NCBI GenBank assembly: GCA_022424955.1
Contig: JAKMGK010000030.1
Location: 6,029 to 70,028, forward strand
DNA: 64,000 nucleotides
Reading direction: 5' to 3'
Source of the DNA: Flavobacteriaceae bacterium
GTDB taxonomy: Bacteria; Bacteroidota; Bacteroidia; Flavobacteriales; Flavobacteriaceae
Under the pieces are notes generated by a model. The model did no database searches. It was not told where the DNA came from and was given only the letters and a program-made list of their open reading frames with translations. The position numbers and the translations under genes are program-made. Positions within the stretch are counted from its first letter, which is position 1; each line of letters opens with the position of its first letter. Of the stretch, positions 1-8,140 are shown piece after piece.

Positions 1-1702
1 GGGAGCGCCGACTGCCTATGCAGAAATCACCAATGCGGTGGGAAGTTTTGGCACCCTTCGGAATACCTTAAAATTCTCTACAGGTTTATTGAACGATCAG
101 GTCGAATTTTCTGGGCGCTTAGCGAAGATTTCTTCTGAAGGTTATATAGATCGTGCCTCTTCTGATTTAAAATCTTATTTCCTGCAAGGCTTGTATAAAG
201 ACAAAAACACCCTGATCAAAGCGCTCGCCTTTGGGGGATATGAGGTGACTTACCAATCGTGGTTTGGGGTAGATCCTTTTACCCTAGAAAACAATCGTAC
301 CTATAACTTTGCTGGGGAAATATATAATGATAATGGAGACTTAACGGGCTACTATAACAATCAAGTGGATAACTACCGTCAAGATCATTACCAATTACAC
401 TGGAATCAAGCCTTTTCGAACAACTGGTCTACTTCTGTAGGACTAAATTACACCTATGGCCGTGGGTACTATGAAGAATATAACAACGATGATAATCTTG
501 CGAGTTTACGTCTTGACGAGGTAGTTCTAGGCGGGGTGACACAAAGTACCACAGACGATATTACCCGCAAGTGGTTAGACAATGATTTTTATGTCTTGAC
601 GGCGAATGCACAATATAATGTTGCCGAAACAAACTTGGTATTAGGAGGCATGTATAGCACCTATGATGGGGACCATTTTGGGAATTTAATCTGGGCGCGT
701 TTTGCCAGTAATGCACAACCTAATCATGAGTTTTACCGTAATAAAGGAGAAAAGAAAGAGGTCTCTTTCTTTGGAAAATTAACCCAAAAAATCAATGATC
801 AATGGTCGGGATATGTCGATTTACAATTTAGAAATATCAATTATACAGCCGCTGGAACAGTCAATGGTTTAGGTACAATTGATATTGACGACAGTTTTAA
901 CTTTTTTAATCCAAAGTTTGGGTTCAACTACGCCGCAAGTGAAAATGCGCAATGGTATATCTCATATGCTAAAGCGCAAAGAGAGCCGAATCGCACTGAT
1001 TATGAAAATGGCAATCCTCGCCCTGAAGTATTAAATGATTTTGAAGCGGGATTAAGGAAAAAATCAGGGCGTGCGCAATGGAGTGCTAACCTTTTTTATA
1101 TGCGCTATAAAGATCAATTGGTCTTGACGGGTGGTATTGACGATGTAGGCGCACCCATTCGTGAAAATGTGGGCGACAGCTATCGTTTAGGGATTGAATT
1201 AGACGCTAAGATTGCCTTAAACGATCAATGGTTGTGGCAACCTAACCTGACTTTAAGTCAAAATAAAAACAAGGAGTTTAACTTTCAGCGTGATGGACAA
1301 TTAATCAATCTAGGGGACACCAATATCTCATACTCCCCTAATGTTGTTGCAGGAAGTAACCTGGTTTTTGTGCCCTCTACCCAGTTTCAAATCGGCTTAC
1401 TTTCTAAATATGTTGGGGAACAATACATGGGAAATATTGACGCAGACTTGTCAAAGTTATCGGCCTATTTTATCAATGATTTAAATCTTAGCTATGCGGT
1501 AGGTCCTACCACTTGGGCAAAGGGGATTGACCTTTCTTTGTTAGTCAACAACATTTTTAATGTTCAATTTGAATCCAATGGATATTTCTACACCTATGAC
1601 GATACTTGGTCGAGTCCTTCGCAAGTAACAACCATTGAAGGAGTAGGCTATTATCCACAAGCAGGAAGAAACTTCTTGATAGGAGCGACCATTAAATTAT
1701 AA
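1..1702 (+). CDS. TonB-dependent outer-membrane receptor, C-terminal beta-barrel portion (5' end lies outside the window)
   Basis: Frame 2 is open from base 2 (GAPTAYAEITNAVGSFGTL...), so the listed GTG at 38 is internal. The sequence is Y/N/G-rich with alternating barrel-like character and has a TBDR-like C-terminal region (YYPQAGRNFLIGATIKL). Confidence 0.8.
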   Translation, partial: GAPTAYAEITNAVGSFGTLRNTLKFSTGLLNDQVEFSGRLAKISSEGYIDRASSDLKSYFLQGLYKDKNTLIKALAFGGYEVTYQSWFGVDPFTLENNRTYNFAGEIYNDNGDLTGYYNNQVDNYRQDHYQLHWNQAFSNNWSTSVGLNYTYGRGYYEEYNNDDNLASLRLDEVVLGGVTQSTTDDITRKWLDNDFYVLTANAQYNVAETNLVLGGMYSTYDGDHFGNLIWARFASNAQPNHEFYRNKGEKKEVSFFGKLTQKINDQWSGYVDLQFRNINYTAAGTVNGLGTIDIDDSFNFFNPKFGFNYAASENAQWYISYAKAQREPNRTDYENGNPRPEVLNDFEAGLRKKSGRAQWSANLFYMRYKDQLVLTGGIDDVGAPIRENVGDSYRLGIELDAKIALNDQWLWQPNLTLSQNKNKEFNFQRDGQLINLGDTNISYSPNVVAGSNLVFVPSTQFQIGLLSKYVGEQYMGNIDADLSKLSAYFINDLNLSYAVGPTTWAKGIDLSLLVNNIFNVQFESNGYFYTYDDTWSSPSQVTTIEGVGYYPQAGRNFLIGATIKL

Positions 1703-1732
1703 AAAGCATCCGCCTGGGAAACTGGGCAGGTG

Positions 1733-2212
1733 TTAATTGGAGATCTCTAGAGTATTTCCCCTTAAAACAGTTTGGTACATTATCATAGGGAAAGGTGTGT
1801 CTTCTCCCTCTTCGGGATTAAGTAATTGTCCCGTGGCGAGGCTGTATTGATAGTCTTCGCAGGAACATTCTGCCAGTACACCCACAATTTGCGTTTGAGA
1901 GCAATCGTTGGGCAAATGGTTAGGACAACTGGCCTCCCAGGCCAAGTAACTGTTTCCGTTGAGATTAAAAACAATTACGCCTTTATGCCCGTGATTAGGT
2001 AAAAGTATGGCTCCACCAGCAAACAGCAGGTTGTCATATTGCGGTAAATTCAAGTTCACTGGGATTGAAAAACGCAGGTCTGGGAGATAAGGATTCCGTT
2101 CTATAGGGGGGGTGCTACAGCCCACCAATAAGAAGAATAGCCCACCTACCATACATTTCTTTTTAAAGCCAGTGGATAGATTCTTTAGCATTTTTATATC
2201 TTTGTCATTCAC
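1733..2212 (-). CDS. Small lipoprotein with a degenerate Rieske-like motif pattern
   Basis: Lipobox LLVGC follows a hydrophobic signal. CPNH...CSCEDYQYSLATGQ resembles the Rieske CxH...CxxH spacing but lacks the second His. The start could also be the Met at 2191. Confidence 0.55.
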   Translation of the reverse strand: MNDKDIKMLKNLSTGFKKKCMVGGLFFLLVGCSTPPIERNPYLPDLRFSIPVNLNLPQYDNLLFAGGAILLPNHGHKGVIVFNLNGNSYLAWEASCPNHLPNDCSQTQIVGVLAECSCEDYQYSLATGQLLNPEEGEDTPFPMIMYQTVLRGNTLEISN

Positions 2213-2259
2213 CCTTCGTTATAATGAAGGGTTTTTTATTCTATTTAAACGTAAAGATT

Positions 2260-2736
2260 ATGAGTAAAGTATCTTATTACACCGAAGAAGGGTTGAAAAA
2301 ATTGAGAGACGAGCTTAATCATCTAAAAGATATTGAACGCCCTAAAGCCTCACAAGCCATTGCCGAAGCCCGCGACAAAGGAGATTTAAGTGAAAATGCC
2401 GAATATGATGCTGCCAAAGAAGCCCAAGGCATGCTAGAAATGCGCATTGCTAAAATGGAGGGAACCCTCTCTAATGCACGAATCATTAACGAGGCAGAAC
2501 TTGATATCTCTAAAGTATTGGTCTTGTCTACTGTTGAGGTAAAAAATAAATCCAATGGGATGAAAATGACCTACACACTAGTCGCGCAAAGCGAAGCCGA
2601 TTTATCCTCAGGGAAAATCTCTGTGGATTCCCCCATTGGGAAAGGATTGCTAGGGAAGAAAGTTGGAGAAGCGGCTGCCATCCAAGTGCCTAACGGGACC
2701 ATCGAATTAGAAATCTTGTCTATTAGTCGCGCTTAA
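2260..2736 (+). CDS. greA: Transcription elongation factor GreA
   Basis: MSKVSYYTEEGLKKLRDELNHLK...DLSENAEYDAAKEAQ coiled-coil N-domain plus a C-terminal FKBP-like domain. The product is 158 aa from the ATG at 2260. The longer ORF starting at 2224 adds a non-homologous extension. Confidence 0.9.
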   Translation: MSKVSYYTEEGLKKLRDELNHLKDIERPKASQAIAEARDKGDLSENAEYDAAKEAQGMLEMRIAKMEGTLSNARIINEAELDISKVLVLSTVEVKNKSNGMKMTYTLVAQSEADLSSGKISVDSPIGKGLLGKKVGEAAAIQVPNGTIELEILSISRA

Positions 2737-3131
2737 TGAGCATTTTCACCAAAATAGTTTCTGGAGAGTTACCAGCATATAAGGTAGCAGAAGACAAGCA
2801 GCACCTCGCTTTTTTAGACATTAATCCTAATGCAAAAGGGCACACCCTCTGTATTCCTAAAAAGGAGACCGATAAACTTTTTGACTTATCGCAAGCGGAA
2901 TACACTGCTTTGATGCACTTTTCGCGCAAAGTTGCACTTGGACTGGAAAAAGCTGTTTCATGCCAACGCATCGGTATGACCGTAATTGGCTTAGAAGTTC
3001 CGCATGTTCATGTGCATTTGATTCCGCTACAGTCAATGGCAGATGCGACCTTTGGTAAAAAAGAACGTTTTTCTTCAGAAGAAATGCAAGCCTTGGCCAA
3101 AAATATTGCGGCCCATATAGCAGCAGAATAA
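2736..3131 (+). CDS. HIT (histidine triad) family protein
   Basis: Histidine triad HVHVHLIP. The product is 131 aa. The start overlaps the greA stop (TAATG). Confidence 0.9.
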   Translation: MSIFTKIVSGELPAYKVAEDKQHLAFLDINPNAKGHTLCIPKKETDKLFDLSQAEYTALMHFSRKVALGLEKAVSCQRIGMTVIGLEVPHVHVHLIPLQSMADATFGKKERFSSEEMQALAKNIAAHIAAE

Positions 3132-3136
3132 TTTCC

Positions 3137-4297
3137 CTAGGTTTTTGGCAGCATAATTTCAAAAGTAGATCCTTGGCCTAATTTGCTTTCTTTCACCTGA
3201 ATAAAGCCTTGATGATAGTCATGAACAATTCTTTTGGCCAATGAAAGTCCTAAGCCCCAACCGCGACTTTTGGTGGTAAAACCAGGCCGAAAAATTTTTT
3301 TCAATGCTTCTGGGGCAATCCCGCTTCCTTGATCCTGCACTAAAATACGCACTTCAGATTTTTGCTCCTGTATCGATACCCCTAGAGATCCTATTCCTTT
3401 CATGGCGTCTAAGCCATTTTTAACTAAGTTTTCTAGCGTCCAACTCAATAGGGAGGCATTAAGTGGAAGAATAATCTCTTGCGCAGGAAGGTCTAACTGC
3501 CATTCAACTTGATTGCCAGTTCTTTTTTGAAGATAAGCTATGGTTTCTCTACACACGCTAACGATATCTTGAGGCATCAATTCTGGGAGAGAGCCTACTT
3601 TAGAAAAACGCTCTGTTATTACTTCTAAACGTTCAATGTCTTTTTGCATTTCTTGCAAAGATTCTGGCGCGACATTTTGCTCTTTCATCAAGGCAATCCA
3701 TCCCATTAAAGAACTTAGCGGAGTGCCAATTTGATGTGCGGTTTCTTTGGCCATTCCGGCCCACAAACGATTCTGTTCAGCAGCTTTATTGGTTTGAAAG
3801 AAAAAGTAGAGTAGCCCCCCAAAGAGCAAAAGGATTAAAAGTAAGGCTAGGGGGTAATATTGTAACTTGACCAGTAGAGGAGAGTCGCCATAATACAAAC
3901 TTTGATTGATCAAGTCTTTATAAACAATAGGGATGGGGGCATTTTCTGCCTTTAATGCTTTTAAACGTTGGTAAAGCTGGGTCGAATCTGGATCTGTTGT
4001 GCTATCCCATTCTATATTTTTAAAATCGACAATCTTTCCTTGTTCGTCCACTTGAATCATGGGCGTTACCCCAATCTTTTGCAAGACATCAAAGGCCAGA
4101 TTTCCATAATTGCGGCTGAGGTCTGAACTCTCGGCGATTTCTTGCTGTGCCGTGGCCCATAATTCCATTTTGACGCGCTCTTCTTTTTTGACTATTTGAA
4201 AAAGCACATTGGTATTCCACATAATCAATAACACTATGGCAAATGCGCCATAGAGTCCCCAACTTTTCCACAACTGTTTAAATGATTGAAACACCAC
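3137..4297 (-). CDS. Membrane sensor histidine kinase (orphan, no adjacent response regulator)
   Basis: Two TM segments flank a roughly 120-aa extracytoplasmic region. H-box ETAHQIGTPLSSLMGW, N-box LVKNGLDAM, and G-boxes DQGSGI and GWGLGL. Confidence 0.85.
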   Translation of the reverse strand: MVFQSFKQLWKSWGLYGAFAIVLLIMWNTNVLFQIVKKEERVKMELWATAQQEIAESSDLSRNYGNLAFDVLQKIGVTPMIQVDEQGKIVDFKNIEWDSTTDPDSTQLYQRLKALKAENAPIPIVYKDLINQSLYYGDSPLLVKLQYYPLALLLILLLFGGLLYFFFQTNKAAEQNRLWAGMAKETAHQIGTPLSSLMGWIALMKEQNVAPESLQEMQKDIERLEVITERFSKVGSLPELMPQDIVSVCRETIAYLQKRTGNQVEWQLDLPAQEIILPLNASLLSWTLENLVKNGLDAMKGIGSLGVSIQEQKSEVRILVQDQGSGIAPEALKKIFRPGFTTKSRGWGLGLSLAKRIVHDYHQGFIQVKESKLGQGSTFEIMLPKT

Positions 4298-4406
4298 GAA
4301 GTTCTTAACGCTCTAAATTACCGAATATTATCGAAACCCTTTGCGAGAAACACTGTATCGATTTATTTTTCGTTTCGAGAAAGCGCATAGTTCCCCAAGG
4401 AATACT

Positions 4407-4414
4407 TATTTTTG
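4407..4414 (+). promoter_or_regulatory. Bacteroidetes-type -7 promoter box (TAnnTTTG)
   Basis: TATTTTTG lies 21 nt upstream of the ATG at 4435. Confidence 0.45.
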
Positions 4415-4434
4415 CACTCTAATAAAGTATAAAG

Positions 4435-4815
4435 ATGGAAGTAACTGGTAAAATCAAGTTTTTAGACGAAACAAAAACTTATGGAAACAATGGTTTTCGT
4501 AAACGCGAAGTAGTTGTTACAACAGAAGAGCAATACCCTCAGCATATTTTGGTGGAATTTGTACAAGACAAATGTGATTTACTCAACAGTTTTCAGTTAG
4601 GCCAAAATGTGAAGATTGGGATTAATTTACGCGGTCGCGAATGGGTCAATCCTCAGGGAGAAACAAAGTATTTCAACTCTGTACAGGGATGGCGTATTGA
4701 AGAAGTGGGAACTGCTGCAGCACCCTCACAAGAAATGCCCCCCATGCCACCTGCCTCTGCCTTTGAAGCAGCTCCAGAAAAAGACAATGAAGTAGAAGAC
4801 GATCTACCGTTCTAA
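4435..4815 (+). CDS. DUF3127-family protein with Pro/Ala-rich linker and SSB-like acidic C-terminal tip
   Basis: The N-terminus MEVTGKIKFLDETKTYGNNGFRKREVVVTTEEQYPQHILVEF...GREWVNPQGETKYFNSVQGWRIE matches the DUF3127 pattern as I recall it. The tail ends ...NEVEDDLPF. Confidence 0.75.
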   Translation: MEVTGKIKFLDETKTYGNNGFRKREVVVTTEEQYPQHILVEFVQDKCDLLNSFQLGQNVKIGINLRGREWVNPQGETKYFNSVQGWRIEEVGTAAAPSQEMPPMPPASAFEAAPEKDNEVEDDLPF

Positions 4816-4923
4816 AGAAGACATTTTTATGGTCTGTTAGATCGACGCAATTTAATAAGTGATTTTCGAAGGCTAAATTCTTAATTCATAATTATTTCAG
4901 TTGTCAATCAAAAATTAATGTAG

Positions 4924-4931
4924 TACATTTG
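4924..4931 (+). promoter_or_regulatory. Bacteroidetes-type -7 promoter box upstream of rplM
   Basis: TACATTTG lies 45 nt upstream of the rplM GTG. It is followed by a small hairpin CCCCT-TAGC-AGGGG (4935-4948) in the predicted 5' UTR. Confidence 0.45.
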
Positions 4932-4975
4932 CAGCCCCTTAGCAGGGGAACAAATAATAGATAAAACAATTTATT

Positions 4976-5431
4976 GTGGATACACTAAGTTATAAAACCA
5001 TTTCGGCTAATGCCAATACCGTTGATAAACAATGGGTTGTAGTTGATGTAGCGGGAATGCCTTTAGGAAGAATGGCCTCTGAAGTGGCCAAATTAATTCG
5101 AGGGAAGCACAAACCTAATTACACCCCTCACGTTGACTGTGGCGATAATGTTATCGTGATCAATGCTGAAAAAATTCAGCTAAGCGGAGAAAAATGGAAG
5201 CAAAAAATCTATTTACGACATACGGGTTACCCAGGAGGACAACGTGCCTTAAGTGCTGAGCAGTTATATGCTAAAAGCCCATCGCGTTTAGTAGAAAACG
5301 CTGTACGCGGAATGTTACCTAAAAACAAACTTGGGGCTACCTTATTTAGAAATCTGAAAGTATTTAATGGTGCAGAGCATACACATGCAGGCTTAAATCC
5401 TACCACCGTTCAATTAAATAAATTTAACTAA
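4976..5431 (+). CDS. rplM: 50S ribosomal protein L13
   Basis: MDTLSYKT...[50 protein letters not shown] start. Confidence 0.95.
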   Translation: MDTLSYKTISANANTVDKQWVVVDVAGMPLGRMASEVAKLIRGKHKPNYTPHVDCGDNVIVINAEKIQLSGEKWKQKIYLRHTGYPGGQRALSAEQLYAKSPSRLVENAVRGMLPKNKLGATLFRNLKVFNGAEHTHAGLNPTTVQLNKFN

Positions 5432-5817
5432 TGGATGTAATTCATACTATTGGTCGTCGTAAGACCTCTGTTGCACGTATCTTCCTAGGAGAAGGAAAAG
5501 GAAAGATCACCGTTAACAAAAAAGACTACACAGAATATTTCCCAACTCCCACATTGCAGTACAAAATCCAGCAGCCTTTTGCTTTGACAGAAACAGAAGG
5601 AAATTATGATTTAAAAGTTACTGTTGTAGGAGGAGGAACAAATGGACAAGCAGAAGCAGTTCGCCTTGCGATCTCTCGTGCTTTGTGTCAAATTAACGAA
5701 GAGCACCGTTTGGTTTTAAAGCCAGAAGGTCTTTTGACACGTGATCCTAGAATGGTAGAACGTAAGAAATTCGGTCAGAAGAAAGCCCGTAAGAAATTTC
5801 AGTTCTCTAAACGTTAA
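5431..5817 (+). CDS. rpsI: 30S ribosomal protein S9
   Basis: [12 protein letters not shown]...ends [12 protein letters not shown]. The start overlaps the rplM stop (TAATG). Confidence 0.95.
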   Translation: MDVIHTIGRRKTSVARIFLGEGKGKITVNKKDYTEYFPTPTLQYKIQQPFALTETEGNYDLKVTVVGGGTNGQAEAVRLAISRALCQINEEHRLVLKPEGLLTRDPRMVERKKFGQKKARKKFQFSKR

Positions 5818-5826
5818 TATTTTTTT

Positions 5827-5849
5827 ACTCCTTTTTCAAAAAAAGGAGT
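5827..5849 (+). terminator. Hairpin after rpsI (possible terminator or attenuator)
   Basis: ACTCCTTTTT-CAA-AAAAAGGAGT forms a 10-bp stem. It is AU-rich and has no clean downstream U-tract. Confidence 0.35.
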
Positions 5850-5974
5850 TGTTCATATATTTTTCAACCCGTTGCCCACTCAGCTCGCTGAGACTTAGTT
5901 TAGCATCTAAATAAGGAAGGCCTATGATATAGTCACTTGCTTATTGCTAACTACGGAACGTAAACTAACCAAAA

Positions 5975-6829
5975 ATGGCAAACACAGACGTTAAAGACCT
6001 GCTCAACGCAGGCGTACACTTTGGTCACTTGACCAGAAAATGGAATCCTAACATGGCGCCCTACATCTATATGGAGCGTAATGGAATCCACATTATCAAC
6101 CTCTACAAAACTGCTGCTAAAGTAGACGAAGCTGCAGAAGCAATGAAAAAAATCGCTGCCTCTGGACGCAAAATCTTATTTGTAGCCACAAAGAAGCAAG
6201 CGAAAGACATCGTTGCTACTAAAGCCGCTGCTGCTAAAATGCCTTATATCACAGAGCGCTGGCCTGGTGGAATGTTAACGAACTTTGTTACCATTCGTAA
6301 AGCAGTGAAGAAAATGGCTTCTATCGATCGAATGAAGAAAGATGGAACCTTTGAAACCCTTTCTAAAAAAGAAAAATTACAAGTAGATCGTCAACGTGCG
6401 AAATTAGAAAAGAACTTGGGTTCAATCACAGATATGACGCGTCTTCCAGGGGCCTTATTTGTTGTAGATATTAAGCGTGAGCACATCGCTATCAAAGAAG
6501 CACAAAAATTGAAAATTCCAATTTTTGCCATGGTGGATACTAACTCTGATCCACGTGATGTAGACTTCGTTATTCCTGCCAATGATGATGCCTCAAAATC
6601 AATTGAAAAGATTTTAGGGATTGTTACAGATGCAGTAAGTGAAGGATTAAGCACACGTCAATCTGAGAAAGAGGCGGCAAGCAAAGGTAAAGAAGAAGCT
6701 ACAACAGAAGCAGCTGCACCCGAAGCTCAGGCTGTAGAAGCTGCAACTGAAGCTCCCGCTGTGGAAACTGCACCTGAAGCACCAGAAGCACCTGCTGCCG
6801 AAAGTACAGATACTCCTGCAGAAGCCTAA
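5975..6829 (+). CDS. rpsB: 30S ribosomal protein S2 with low-complexity A/E/P/T-rich C-terminal extension
   Basis: LLNAGVHFGHLTRKWNPNMAPYIY...; the last ~55 aa are EAATTEAAAPEAQAVEAATEAPAVETAPEAPEAPAAESTDTPAEA. Confidence 0.95.
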   Translation: MANTDVKDLLNAGVHFGHLTRKWNPNMAPYIYMERNGIHIINLYKTAAKVDEAAEAMKKIAASGRKILFVATKKQAKDIVATKAAAAKMPYITERWPGGMLTNFVTIRKAVKKMASIDRMKKDGTFETLSKKEKLQVDRQRAKLEKNLGSITDMTRLPGALFVVDIKREHIAIKEAQKLKIPIFAMVDTNSDPRDVDFVIPANDDASKSIEKILGIVTDAVSEGLSTRQSEKEAASKGKEEATTEAAAPEAQAVEAATEAPAVETAPEAPEAPAAESTDTPAEA

Positions 6830-6919
6830 GATTACCTTAAATAACTCAAGCAAATTATTCATGACGACTGAAGCAGATCTTTCCAGAACTGTTTCTTTCG
6901 TCTTTAATTCAAATAAACT

Positions 6920-7741
6920 ATGAAAATTACTGCATCAGAAGTAAACAAACTACGTCAAGCCACTGGGGCTGGAATGATGGATTGTAAAAAAGCTTTGGTC
7001 GAAGCGGAAGGAAACTTTGACAAAGCGGTAGAAAATTTACGTAAAAAAGGTCAAAAAGTAGCGGCAAACCGCGCAGACCGTGATTCAGCGGAAGGAGCTG
7101 TTCTAGCAAAAGTAAACGCAGACAACACTGCAGGTGTTGTAGTTTCTGTCAACTGTGAAACAGATTTCGTTGCAAAGAACGATAGTTATCTTGCTTTAGC
7201 CAACCAAATTCTCGATTTATCCATGGACGCTAAAACGATTGAAGAATTATTAGCGTCGGACTTTGGTGGAATGACTGTTGCAGAAAAATTAACAGAACAA
7301 ACGGGTGTGATTGGTGAGAAAATCGAAATCGGTGGGTTCAAACGCATCGAAGGTCCTTTTGTAGGACATTACATCCACGCTGGGAATAAAATTGCAACTA
7401 TTGTTGGACTTTCTGCTAATGTAGAAGGAGGAACAGAAGCTGCGAAAAATGTCGCCATGCAAGCCGCAGCCATGAACCCTATTGCTTTAAACGAAGAGGG
7501 TGTTGATGCGACTGTAATTGAAAAAGAAATCGAAATTGCCAAAGACCAATTACGTCAAGAAGGTAAGCCAGAAGCAATGTTAGACAATATTGCAAAAGGT
7601 AAAATCAAGCGTTTCTTTAAAGATAATACCTTAGTTAATCAAGCTTATATCAAAGATAGTAAGCAAACAGTGACGCAATATGTACAATCTGTTAACGCAG
7701 ATTTAACCGTGACTGCTTTTGCTCGTTTAGCGTTGGTTTAA
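6920..7741 (+). CDS. tsf: Translation elongation factor Ts
   Basis: MKITASEVNKLRQATGAGMMDCKKALVEAEGNFDKAVENLRKKG (UBA-like N-domain), followed by a TS dimerisation core. Confidence 0.95.
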   Translation: MKITASEVNKLRQATGAGMMDCKKALVEAEGNFDKAVENLRKKGQKVAANRADRDSAEGAVLAKVNADNTAGVVVSVNCETDFVAKNDSYLALANQILDLSMDAKTIEELLASDFGGMTVAEKLTEQTGVIGEKIEIGGFKRIEGPFVGHYIHAGNKIATIVGLSANVEGGTEAAKNVAMQAAAMNPIALNEEGVDATVIEKEIEIAKDQLRQEGKPEAMLDNIAKGKIKRFFKDNTLVNQAYIKDSKQTVTQYVQSVNADLTVTAFARLALV

Positions 7742-7784
7742 ATCAAATTATACCGAAAAGATTACCTTATTTTCCCCACTTACA

Positions 7785-7810
7785 ACCCGTGTTTTACACG
7801 GGTTTTTTTG
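7785..7810 (+). terminator. Rho-independent terminator of the rpsB-tsf unit
   Basis: ACCCGTG-TTTTA-CACGGGT is followed by TTTTTTT. Confidence 0.8.
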
Positions 7811-7863
7811 TACTTCAAAACTATAAAACATATCTAAATATGTATATTATAGTAAATAAATTT

Positions 7864-7871
7864 TATATTTG
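7864..7871 (+). promoter_or_regulatory. Bacteroidetes-type -7 promoter box
   Basis: TATATTTG overlaps the TTG start proposed by the ORF track at 7869. If the box is real, that start is untranscribed. Confidence 0.35.
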
Positions 7872-7946
7872 ACAATTATATCGAGGATTTTAGTACGGTT
7901 TTTAATTGTTTTATATAGCGTTGGGACAAACATTGCCATAGCGCAA

Positions 7947-8093
7947 ATGGGATTGCATGGCAACCTATACTTGTCTGCCTCTCAAAGTCTTGCCATCGAA
8001 AATGAAGCCCTGGAAGAGGAGAACAACAGTTTAAAAGATACCCTAGAGGCACTGGTGAACCGAGTGGAGAAGCTAGAGAAAGAAGAGGAATAA
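7947..8093 (+). CDS. Small hypothetical coiled-coil ORF (48 aa from ATG 7947), possibly a gene relic
   Basis: MGLHGNLYLSASQSLAIENEALEEENNSLKDTLEALVNRVEKLEKEEE shows a heptad-like E/L pattern. I recognise no family. Confidence 0.25.
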   Translation: MGLHGNLYLSASQSLAIENEALEEENNSLKDTLEALVNRVEKLEKEEE

Positions 8094-8140
8094 TCTTTAA
8101 TTAGAAAACGAGGAGCAAAGCGAAGAACTGGCTAAACGCA

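Noticed and set aside
1703-1732. Terminator hairpin between the TonB-dependent receptor gene and the convergent lipoprotein gene
   Set aside because: Only a 6-bp stem with a G-U pair and a 10-nt loop (CGCCTG..CAGGTG), with no U-tract. This is too weak to call.
2224-2259. N-terminal extensions suggested by the ORF track
   Set aside because: This applies to greA 2224, polA 8396, TetR 23218, lycopene cyclase 25512, ZIP 25476, anchor-B 27454, sufD 32782, sufS 34085, batB 62619 and SRPBCC 55273. These use TTG or upstream codons that add non-homologous residues. They would also overlap neighbouring genes or consume the promoter region. Downstream ATG/GTG/TTG starts that give family-typical N-termini were chosen, and the exact starts remain uncertain.
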